From positions 723,297 through 787,296 of the forward strand of contig NIVC01000168.1 in assembly GCA_002269645.1 (NCBI GenBank): a stretch of DNA of 64,000 nucleotides. Reading direction: 5' to 3'. Both the position numbers and the translations under genes were made by a program. Below the pieces are notes generated by a model. The model saw only the letters and a program-made list of their open reading frames with translations, made no database searches and was not told the DNA's origin. This stretch comes from Macrostomum lignano (taxonomy: Eukaryota). This document shows positions 37,401-49,400 of this stretch, one piece after another. The stretch's first letter is position 1; the number at the start of each line of letters is the position of its first letter.

Positions 37401-40400
37401 TCGATGACTTGCTAGATGGCAGTGTAAAAGAGCGCGCTTGTCTTCCGAAAATCTACTCATTCGAAACTCAGGATCAGTTCAGAGCTTGCAGGAAAATTCT
37501 ACAAGTTAGCGAAAATACTGGCAGTAGTGGAGCCCGCTCAGAGCTAGACAGACTGTCTTTATCATGTAATATCCAAAGAGAATTACTCAGTACCGGACCA
37601 CACTAGCAAATCGCCCAGACTCCATCATCTCGAGACCAGTTGGGAAACCAGTTTACAGTAAAGTTGGCATCACAGCTAAAAATGTGAAACTGTCAAAATT
37701 GACGAGTAGCGAAATCATGTGAAACTGTCAACATTGACGAGTAGCGAAATCATGTGAAACTGTCAACATTGACGAGTAGCGAAATCATGTAAAACTGTCA
37801 AAATTGACGAGTAGCGAAATCATGTGAAACTGTCAACATTGACGAGTAGCGAAATCATGTGAAACTGTCAACATTGACGAGTAGCGAAATCATGTGAAAC
37901 TGTCAACATTGACGAGTAGCGAAATCATGTGAAACTGTTAACATTGACGAGTAGCGAAATCATGTGAAACTGCCAAAATTGACGAGTAGCGAAATCATTT
38001 GAAACTGTCAACATTGACGAGTAGCGAAATCATTTGAAACTGTCAAAATTGACGAGTAGCGAAATCATGTGAAACTGTCAACATTGACGAGTAGCGAAAT
38101 CATGTGAAACTGTCAACATTGACGAGTAGCGAAATCATGTGAAACTGTTAACATTGACGAGTAGCGAAATCATGTGAAACTGCCAAAATTGACGAGTAGC
38201 GAAATCATTTGAAACTGTCAACATTGACGAGTAGCGAAATCATTTGAAACTGTCAAAATTGACGAGTAGCGAAATCATGTGAAACTGTCAACATTGACGA
38301 GTAGCGAAATCATGTGAAACTGTCAACATTGACGAGTAGCGAAATCATGTGAAACTGTCAACATTGACGAGTAGCGAAATCATGTGAAACTGTCAACATT
38401 GACGAGTAGCGAAATAATGAGGACTGCGAGATCAAAGACTAAGAGAACAAGACCTGTCCAAAGTGCCATATGGGAATAGAAAGTGAAGTTCACTTCTTGT
38501 TTAAGTGTAACTTGTAACTGTTACAGTGCTCCCTTTTATAGTGATAAATTCAAACAGGAAATTTCGGATAAAGTTTTTAATTTTAAAAACCTTACTGCAG
38601 AGGAGAAAGTATTTTACCTAATGAACCAAGAAGATAGAGACATACTCGTTATGGAAGTTCAGAATTCATCAACGATCTGACACAAGCCAAAGTGAAACTG
38701 CCCCAAGGGTTTACGGTGGTACCGAAAAGATATGCTCGAGCTGACTCTCGAATGAGCTGTTTGCGTTATTCGTCTCACTGCTACTAAAATATTAATACTA
38801 AATAATTCTGGGAATCTTGCCTATCAAACTTTTGCATTTAAGGTCGCTCGAATGCTGGGTTTGGCTAAGACTAACACCAGTCTCTGCACTCCAGACTGTA
38901 CGTTGAAAATTACTGAGCTCGAAATCTACGGAAATCCGCTAAGTGAGCCTCTAAAACATTTTTGTCCTTTATCGCCCTGCGTACTAATAAAATACGAGTT
39001 CGTATAACGTAACCTCTAATTGTAACAATTCTTGGAAGCAGGATATTGCTTACGGAAATATCACGAGTCTTTCGAACTAGGTCAGACGCATAACAATAAG
39101 ATGCTTAATTTAGGCGAAGAAATCGTTCATTGAATCCTTAATCTACAAGCGTACCTTGGATGGATCTCAAAAGAAACCTTTTCTTAGTATTGAGATTATT
39201 GAGCTCAAATTCAATAGTATTCAGCATCCCGGAAGCAATAAAGAGTCCAATTAAAACCCTGCGCATGAGAAACAAAGCATTTTTGTGATTCTTCTAATGC
39301 CCCGCCACCGTGCCAGATGTCACAGACTCCAACATCCCAAAGCATACGACGTGGCAATCGGTTTTGGAAGCCGTTTCCCCTCAACCGGTGTTCAGCATGC
39401 CGACGTCGACAGCGTGTGCAACTACTGCGCGGACATGTACTCGCTGCCGCTGGATTTTCCGGGCGACGAAAGCTTCCACCATGCTTTCATTGACCCTGTC
39501 AGCGATTGGCTCTCTCTGTACCTGCCTTACACGTATGCACTGACTGGCTTGCTGATTCGGGGCGGCTACAGACGATTCGATAGTCTGCACGGCATGGTCA
39601 CCAGCTTTCAGGTGTTCTATTCGGCTGATCGAAACAGTGAAAAACTTGTGCCTTTCACAGATCTGCATGACGGTTCCACGGTAAGTGGTAGGAATCAATA
39701 TTTCATCTATCAGTTGTCAATTTTCAATCTGAAACCGGCTGTTCATCAGCTAAATGGAGTTCACTAAAACAGCGCAGTAGTAATAATAACAACAAAGTTG
39801 AGAAATCATAGCATTTGTCCTAGGCCTCGAACTAGAGCTGCTAAAATACCAGTTTCGTCTGCGGCTCGGGAGTGGTTGAAAACTGAAATGATTTCTGCCA
39901 GCTGCTTTTGCTGCTAAGAGTTCGTGAGCCAGCGATAAAGTCAGGATTGGGAGGTAGTCGCATATCGTCGAAGAGCTAGATCGGAGGGTTAGCGACGCTT
40001 TACCGAAGAAACTTGGGGTAGTGGTGCTATTTTAAGTGGCTGGATGGCAGAGTGAAACGCGTCCTATTCTCGAGCCAGAGTCCACGGGCTCGATTCCACG
40101 TGCGGTCACAAAATTTTGTGATTGGTGCTGGGCAATTGGTCTGAGGCTTCTCGTGCCAGTCAAGGCCATGGGCTACATTGCCAGATATTGTCCGACGATG
40201 TGAAATTCACTGCCGCAGTAATCGGGACCCATGGCAACGAAAGTGAACCCCCGAACTAATTGGGGAAGCTGTTTTGAGAAGTAAACACTTTAAAGAACCT
40301 TGAAAGAGGCAATTTCATTGTAAACTTTACATTCTTTTCTTTCCTCTTTCTATCCAAACTTAAAATAAGAAGTAAAAATAGTGCTCAATGTGCGTTCTGA

Positions 40401-43400
40401 ATTTGTTAGTTTGCAGAAGGGCTGCGGGCACTGCCGCAAATCAGACGACAGTCGACCCGCAGTCATGCGCAGTCCGCTGACCTCTGAGCACGCACACGGG
40501 TTCGTGCGCATGTACACGCTCGTACAGAATGTACAACGGACCTAACTGTCTATTGTCAGACATGTGTGCATACTCTGTTTCTTTGAGGTTTACCACCGTG
40601 GGCGTAAATCGCATGACAAGCCACAGAACGAGTTTGAACGCACTTTAGGGCGATAACCAGACGCGTTGCAGTGGAGCTATTCTGCATCCCCTCAAGATTG
40701 CGTTGGGATCTTTTAGCAGAGAAATACTCCAACATTTGTAAAGCGTAGCCAGAAGACTTCCACTTAAACTTAACATTTAGGTGTCATTTGACGGGCCAAA
40801 AGTCTACGTAGAGACCGCCAGAGTCAATTTTCAACGGTCCATACTGGCCAAGTTGGTGCAAGTCAAAGTGACAGGCAGCTGTGGAAGAAGGCAGCTGAAA
40901 ATTGACTTAGTTGGCTATCCTAATGAGCCGGTGAGTCAAAATCTTTTTGACACAATGATTCATCAGAATATATTGATTGAATTGTATTACTTGACAGACT
41001 ACAAGTATATCCAACTTTTTAGCAGCCGAAGTTATCAGGGAAGCGATTGTTCAGCTAGAGGGGACCTCCACTCTGTCTGTGACGTTTAGTTCATTCTACC
41101 ACCTGAGCAGGATAGCGGTAAACAGAACTACCAGCTCTCTCCTAAGCTTCTACATTACTTACGAAGTTGATGGAGAGCCAAGTGCGACACTCCAAGTACA
41201 GGGAGACATATGGATGGTAAGATCTTCACCTCTGCTACTATGCAACTTGCTGGTGTAGCCAATTCTACGTGTAGCACAGTAAAGCTGCAAAAATTGCGCT
41301 TTCAGTTCGAAACAAGAGCCCTGCAAGCGAACTTCGAGTTCCCGATTCTTCTGGCGCCGATCGAATTGAAAATTCACTTCACCAATGGCTCTCTGCAGCA
41401 GCACGAGGTCACCTTCTTGGGCAAGCAGTCCGACCCTTGCCCGCCAGGATTCGTGCCCATGGGTGACACCTGCCTGCACCTGAGCCCCGTGCTGGCTCTC
41501 AGAGACTCGGCTCGAAGAGTCTGTCGTTCGTTTGTGTGGGCCGGCACCCGAGGCGACCTGCTCATGCCGAAGGATGCATCTGTGCTGAGCTACTTGGCTG
41601 TTTGGTGAGCTTTCCAAGTACTGAGAGTCCTTACAGATATTTATATGATAGATTCCCACAGATTTGCACTGGCAATCAACTTAGTCGAGAATACTTTTAC
41701 TGTTTGCATGAATTCGCACTGGCAAAACTAACTTGGTCAATTGTTGTCTAAGAGTATTCATTAAGAGAATTCCGTTACCACATGCCAGAGCCATAAAATA
41801 GTGTTTTGCACCGAAAATGACAATGCTTATCTTTTTAAAAGACTAGAAATCTGTCTTAAAAGCGATGTAGGAGCGTTAAAAAGCTGATTTGCCAGCACAA
41901 ATAGTACTCAATACGTCATAGCACTCGTTCTTTTGTACCCTAAATTCATTAGCTAACATGTACAAAGCATATCAGCAGCCAGACCATTGTTATGAGTTGG
42001 ACCACTACTAACGATTCACCCCAATGTCTACATGCTGTGAATCCACAGGGTTGACTACCTGATTCACGTGGGAATTGTGAGAAGCGGTTCCGTCTGGCAG
42101 TGGCTCGACGGCACCCCAGTGCCCAGCAGCCACTGGAAGCTGGGCCAGCCGGGAGATGTCTATGGCCTGTGGAGCACCAGTCAGGCAGCGCTGGTGGCAG
42201 CGGCTGATGGTGAAAAGCAAATGTTCGCGTGTCAACTGGCGCAGGCGCAGCAAGGGTCCGGTACGAAAACCCAATGCAAGCATGATATTTTACCTTTCAT
42301 CTTTAGCCACATTGAGCTATCAATACAAACTTGCTCTATATGGCTTATATATGTTTATAGTTACTATTATAATTATTTAGCTCTTAAACTTGGTGAAATT
42401 TTACTCAGGCAATAGTCGAACGCTGCAGTTGGGTCACGTAGCATTTGCCGATGAAAGACCGAGTTACGGAGGAAGTTTCACGTCGGCCTGCGTAGCCCAC
42501 GGAAGCCCGAGCACCAGCCGGTCCAAACAGCTGCTGTACAATCGGCTGCACTTGATGGATGAGTCTCTTGGCCGATTTAGCATCAGCCACACGCAGAGCA
42601 GCTCGACCGCAATCTTTGCCTGCAGCGTCACCAGCGACCTGCTCAGCGGAAATGCCGACTCAAGCATCCGATCCGTCTCTGCTGTCACAGCAAATAAAGG
42701 TTCATCAGGGTGTTGCTCTTGCAAGTGTTTTTTTATAGAAAACATATAAAAATATTTTATTTTCCAGACTGCTTGAAACCCCTGCTTGGCCAAGACGGTT
42801 TAGCTCAGACGTCCAGCTTCCCATTCTCGGCTTCGTACTTCGATGCCGAAAGCTCTCATTTGGGAAGTGGAATGCGGCTGAGAGGTACGTTTCACTCGAG
42901 AACTTAGAATTTGACAAGAAATTTATGATGTGCAATAAAAAGAGTAATTTCGAGTCAGTTTTATGGAACGTTTTACAAGTACCATTGCAACAATGCGCAC
43001 TTTGTCCAAAAACAGCCAACTGCCTGATAGCCCAAGGTGACAAGGAAAACTACGTCTACCCAGTGAACGTCACAGCCTACGGTCGCGTGTGTCTGAGTAC
43101 AGCCTCTACAGGAAATAAGAGAGACTATAAGAACTACTGTATAAGTAGTGAGTAGAGTCTGTTGATTATTGTGGTTTTATCTAACCACTGTTGAAGGTAC
43201 CTGACAACGGATCTTCAAAAATGGCAAGAAAAATTTTACTCTTTGCAGCAACGTTGACGGAAGCGCCATTTTGTTACGTCGACGTGTCCAACACGAAACA
43301 AAGTTGCATACTGCACAATTGCTGTAAGGATAATCTTTCTCTGACAATTAATGGATATTTCTGAGTTCTACTTTTAATTTACACAGGTAATTATTGAGGC

Positions 43401-46400
43401 AGGTATCCACAGTAAATAATTACCTCATTAATTACCTTTGAAATTCTAGTGCACAACTACAGCCCATGGAGCGCCAGCTCGCGAATGTCCCACAACATCG
43501 CCTATTTCAAAACCATCTACTTCAACGGCCAAAGGCTGCAGAATCTGAGCAGGACCAACCAGGGCTTCCTGCGGGTCATGACCGGCTCGCTGGCACCCGC
43601 TGTCGGCTCGCAGCTCCACAGTTTGGTTGTAGACTTCAAGAGCCTTCACTTCATCAATGGAGTGGACTTAATAGCAGGTTGGTGGCTTTTTCAACTAACT
43701 GGCTGCATTGTGATTCTGGATGTTTGCTATTCTGGGAAACATTTCCCAACAACGTTATCTTGATGCATGCGGTCAATTTCGAAGGGAATAATTCCAAAGG
43801 AATGCCAAAACCACTTGAAGCTATGGTAAAGCAGGACAGGACGCTTTAGTTTCACTGAATTTTTCTCCAGGCCGTTTTAGTTGCAAGATGCACTACTGAG
43901 ATAGACGTCCATGTTGCGTGTATTGAACTTAAGATGCATAGCACTCCATTTTCATAAGGGACCTTTTCATTTGATACAATCTAATAGCCAGCCCCGATGC
44001 ACTTACAGCCGGCCTACAGCCCGGCCTCAGACTTTACGTGGGCAACTCTTGGCAGGCGTCTCTCGGTGACGTCACCTATGCTGACTGGCCCCAGTGCGGA
44101 GCAGCTGAGGTGCCGCAGCTCAGCACCGACTACAGCATCGCCTGCGTGACAGGCAGCCGGCCGTATCGATTTCTAGCTCTGATCCGTCGACGGGAGCTGG
44201 GATCGCTCAACATCACGGCGCTCATGGTGTATGGCAAAGAGTGTGAGTAACTTCAAAGCCGAATGCTTTGACAGGTCGTCGATTAGATGGTCTCATTTGT
44301 TGAAGTTGAAATTTGTGTAACAGCACAAAGTTTTTCTACGTCTTTGACGGGGTCCGCAAGCATCGCACCTAAATTGATGTCTAAACGTGTTTCTAATTGT
44401 AGCTTTAACCATTGAAAGAGTCTACTTGATTTAAACCCAAAAGAAGAATCAAAAACAGCATTGGCAGGAAAGGGAATGCGCGGAAGCAACCCCATAAAAG
44501 CAACAGCTCGAATTAAAAGTGCATTTGGCATCACGAATGCAAACAGCAATGCAAGAAAATTGGAAAAATAAAAGTTTAAAGAAAAAAATTTGAGCTCACG
44601 CAGGCAGCCAAAAAACGCAGAGTCAACTGAGCGAGACGCCAATTAAAGGGGCGACGGCGCAGAGGCTAAAGCCCAGCACCACCCCACGCACGCAGAGCCA
44701 AGCACCCCCACACAGCGCGGACAGAGGGAGAGAGAACGTAGGCAAAGCGACACAAGGCAGGGCAGAGGAGAGGGGTTTAAAACTTGTTATTGACTAGTCA
44801 AGACCAGTCTCAAACCAACGCAATATCCCGAGATGTCACCTAACTTGATTAAAAAAGTTTTTTTTCTGCATTTTATGTTTACCAGGTATTGCATATAGGC
44901 CAGTGTATTGTTGATAGGAGCTATGCTTCGAGGCTCAACTGGTTGTCATCATAGAGCCGACATCAATTATTGAAAAAGTCGGCTGAGGTGTGCTGGGAAG
45001 ATGGGTGGAAAACTTCCGCGGGGTCATAATTGATCGTTATTGCTGCTGCAGAGTAAGCCACTGGAATGGTCAGGCTATAGCCACTATAAGCCACTACAGT
45101 CAGAAAAAAGTTAGCGATAATTCACTGTTAGTGGAGGTTGATGGCTTTCCAGCTCTGCCGCTGATCAACGCGGCAGTCAGTCTATAGTTAGCAAGGGGCA
45201 AATTGTCAAGCCCAATTTGCTGATCCCTGTGCTTGCGGGGGAGTTGGTCCTCATTGTCGTCAAGCGCTTCTAGATACGTATACAGAAGGAATGACTTACT
45301 GATTGTAGATTGGTACACGTGTTTGTGTCGTAATCAAGAACTATTCATTTTAGGCTCGTAGTAGGACACTACATGCATTGAACATATTTATTTATTATAT
45401 TATTATTGTGACGTATTAATGTGGCGGCCTCGAGAATAATCAGCGAAGGCAAATGAGTACGGCAGAGGCAATTTTGTAGCGGTAGCACTTGGCAATAATA
45501 TCAGTTAATGCGACCAATGGCCACAGACTTAGTTTATTGGAACAGTTGTTATTGTCAACAGAGAAAGGTCAAAATACAAGTTGGATTCGTAACGATGCAC
45601 TGGCGGCTACACAACAATGAGTTAGATAGCTTAGGTAGTAGAAGTGGCGTGACTGAGAGTGGCAGAGGCGTGGCCAGGGCCGTGGCGGAGTGAGGCAGGA
45701 AGAGAAGGCAACCAAACAGGAGTGCCGGGCGGCAAGGGTCTACAGGCGGGGACGCAAAGCCAGGATCCAAGATAACCCGAGCGCACGGCCAGACAGAACT
45801 GATAAAGAGCGGGCTGGGGGTGGGCGCTCGAGGAGAACTTAGTATAATTAATGCGCGGCTTTTCTATTGGCCGGCTGAGAAAAACAGAAAACAGAAATTA
45901 TCGATCGCGCACTGTACGCAGGCTTTACAAATGTACGCAGCTTTTTAAAATTCTTTGGGCACTACTTTAAGCAGACGACGCGAGAGAACGAAACTAATAA
46001 TATTATAGATTGGTACCGTATGTCAAAACCGCCCTTGGCGGGGCTACTTAAACTGACAACGTCACAGTATCTAATTATATTGACTATTCCTTTTAAGAGG
46101 CATGAACTTAAAATTCCGAAAAACAAAGGCAATTCAGGTATTGTAGTCCTATTCTTGTACTTTTAACTTATTGATTTGGCAGTTATTTACTCGCAAATGA
46201 GGTATTTTGTGACGGTCCAACATGTAACATGCAAGGACCACTGTATATGGTCTAGTTGTGGTCTAGTGGTCCTTGTGTGTAGTGATCCTCACAATAGAAC
46301 TTGGTGAAAATCATCGCTGGCTCCAGATCAGGTCCATTATTAATTTTACAATTTTTTTTTCAAATCCGTCTGGCAAAATTGAATGAGCTGAGCAAGGAGT

Positions 46401-49400
46401 TTGGACGCTTTTCACACATTTATGGTCTATTCCCATCTGAATTTCAGACTACTCCCTGGACGAGCGCGTGCAGCTTCGGCCCGAGTGGCTGCCGAACTCA
46501 GTGGTGGACACCTCGGTGCCGATCGGACAAGCCAGCTTCAATGCTCGACTGAGGCAGCAAACTCTGAAGGTGTGGCTCACCAACCAGACAGGCTACGACT
46601 TAGCCATGCTCAATGTAAGTGCCAATGCAGTCTTAGCAACTATATCTACCAGTGTAGTCATACTTGACTATATAACTAACTAAATCATTATCAAACACCT
46701 TCCAGAAGCGCTACATCGTCCACCTGTCTGGCAACGGAAGCAGCATCCGCCTGTCCAACTGCACCATCGAGCACAAGGACTACGGTCAGCCTGACTTCGT
46801 CCTCACTTCACTACCGATGAACTTCACTGGAACCTCGAATCCGATTGTCTTTAACACTGACGAGTTCGCCAACCTGAGAGTCACATGGGAGATGGATGAA
46901 GCCAGTGGAGCTATGAAAATATTCACCTTTATCGAGGGCCAGTTGCTAGGCGGCTGCTTTGACAGCGACTACAGGATCGCCGTGAGCCGAGTGGGCTACT
47001 CGGGACTGCAGGTTCCAACGGATCCCTACGCGACTGCGGAAGCATCTCCACAGGTTTGGTTTAACCAGACCGATTCAAGCACCATGGGGGCCTTCTCACC
47101 CAGCCTTCTGAGTTACCTGACCGATGGCCCCAGCTCCACGAGCAAAGTATTTATTCAGGTAAATGCGTGAAAATTGAAGCATTTTAAAATTGAAGGGACA
47201 AATTAATACAAAATTACTTGGAAAGTCCCCTTCACATAATAAAGGCGCTTTTTCGACAACGAATGCGAATATTCTCCGTTGCCTTGGGCGGTGGAGCTGA
47301 CGTCACACAAGTTAGTGGCGCATCTAGCAGTGTGACAGAGTTCTCCGTGGCCACCAGCGAGGAAGGCAGCTTCTGGGAGATGTACCGTAGGGTTAGTTCT
47401 TACTTTTTGACAACAATAGTGTTTCAATATGAAGTGAGCGGTTTGAATAAATGTTTTTCAAGGCGATCATTCAAACTTTTAGTATTTTAGTATTTACAAG
47501 GACTTCAGTAAAACTCCAAAACATCAACAAAATTCTCGATTCCAATGATTCTAGACTTTGCCAGGAGTCTTCGTTTCGCATCACGTGACGAAGTACCGCC
47601 TGCTGCCAGAGCCGACTGTGAAGGGCGTTCGCCTCTACCCGCGAAAGTGGCAGAACGGACTCGAACTTCGCTGGCAGCTCTACGGATGTCAGGACGCTAG
47701 CAGCGGTGCGCACCATCGTGATCTTGCTGTCATGCATACGATCGATGCCTTAGCAAATTTTATTTCATTCATGCCTTTAGTCCTAAATCCTTCAAAGTAA
47801 TTATTTGAATGATTAAATCGCAATTCAAACTCTTCAGTACCATCGAGTCCGGTTTTGCTGTCTCGTTGGCACCCGACTGGGTCCAACAACATCACTCTGG
47901 GTAGTGCCGGACTGGCCGTCGACGGAAACTTAACCAATCACGTGCTCTCAGGACTGTGCATCCGCGCGTCACCCACAGCCGGCCTGCCGTACGTGCATTG
48001 GCTGGTCAGCCTTGGCGAGCAGAAAATAATCAGCCACATTTTCATTGTTGACATGGTCGAGAGCTTGGGTTAGCTGAAATCTGTGTTGTTGTCCATTGTT
48101 AAACTTATTATCTACTCAAAGCAAATAAAAGAAAGTTAAGCAAAATCTATGCTTTACTAATAAATATTTCAGCGAGTGTCCAGCAGACCATCGAAGAGAT
48201 GCAGTCAGTCAGCGTTTTCGTCGGTAACAGCACCGACACTTCTTTAGCCAGCATTGTTGAAACATGGACCGGCGGATTTATGAAGAGCCACATTTGGAAT
48301 GTGGAAGTTGATAGAGTGAGTGATGAACCAAATTTCCTGACTTTACACAGACGAAACGAATTCTTTATTACAACTATTTCCGGCTAAAATCTATAGATTG
48401 CATCGGTTGCCGGTCTCCTAAAGCCGGCAACGCTTGGAGGCTTCTCGTTCTGCGAGTTTGAAATCTACGGCTATCCAAACATCGGTGAGTAGCCATTTTG
48501 AACAGAGACGTGTTACCGAATCTTGAAATCAACCTGGTTAACTTAAAAATTTGAATTTTAGCCGCGTACTACTATATCAACTCTGCAATCGGACTGGAGG
48601 ACGGCAGAGTCCAAGTCACTCAGCTGGGAGTCGGACAGACCGCTCCAGTCAGTCCCTTTGACGGCTTCAGCCACCCGACTCCTTTCATGGCGGCGCTGAA
48701 CCGACCGATGCTCGGCGGTCTGCCACCCGCCGCTTTCTTTCCTACCGGTGAGAGCCGTTAGGCTTGGGATGCCTGGGAATTCTATAGTTTGCGATCTCTG
48801 GGATTTCTATAGTTTGGGATGCCTGGGAATTCTATAGTTTGTGATCCCTGGGACTTCTATAGTTTGGGATGCCCGGGATTTCTATATTTTGGGATGCCCG
48901 TGATTTCTATAGTTTGGGATGCCCGGGATTTCTATAGTTTGGGATGCCTGGGATTTCTATAGCTTGGGATGCCTGGGATTTCTATAGCTTGGGATGCCTG
49001 GGATTTCTATAGCTTGGGATGCCTGGGATTTCTATAGCTTGGGATGCCTGGGATTTCTATAGCTTAGGATGCATGGGATTTCTATAGTTTGGGATGCCAG
49101 GGATTTCTATAGCTTGGGATTCCTGAGATTTCTGTACTTTTTCCTGGAAACGAACTCTGGCGACTGAAAATGCACAAACGTTTCAGTTGGAACAACTGAG
49201 ATTTTCCTGGAGGTTCAACTGGACGTCACTCACATGATCTGCGGTCTGGTTTGGCAGGGCAGTGGTGTTTTCAGCGACCTGGCCGCCAACGGAACCAACA
49301 GCTACAATGCATTTGTTGCAACCGTCGAACTTCTTTATGGTAACTCAACCAAATCGCTACAAGCCTACTCAGTGTACGGAGCGCTGGGACTCAGCACTGT

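Noticed and set aside
37685-38415. 35-bp repeats with an internal hairpin resembling a CRISPR array
   Set aside because: The units are head-to-tail with no unique spacers, there are no cas genes, and the context is a eukaryotic intron.
44880-45320. Possible retroelement endonuclease remnant on the minus strand
   Set aside because: No diagnostic motif could be recognised with confidence.
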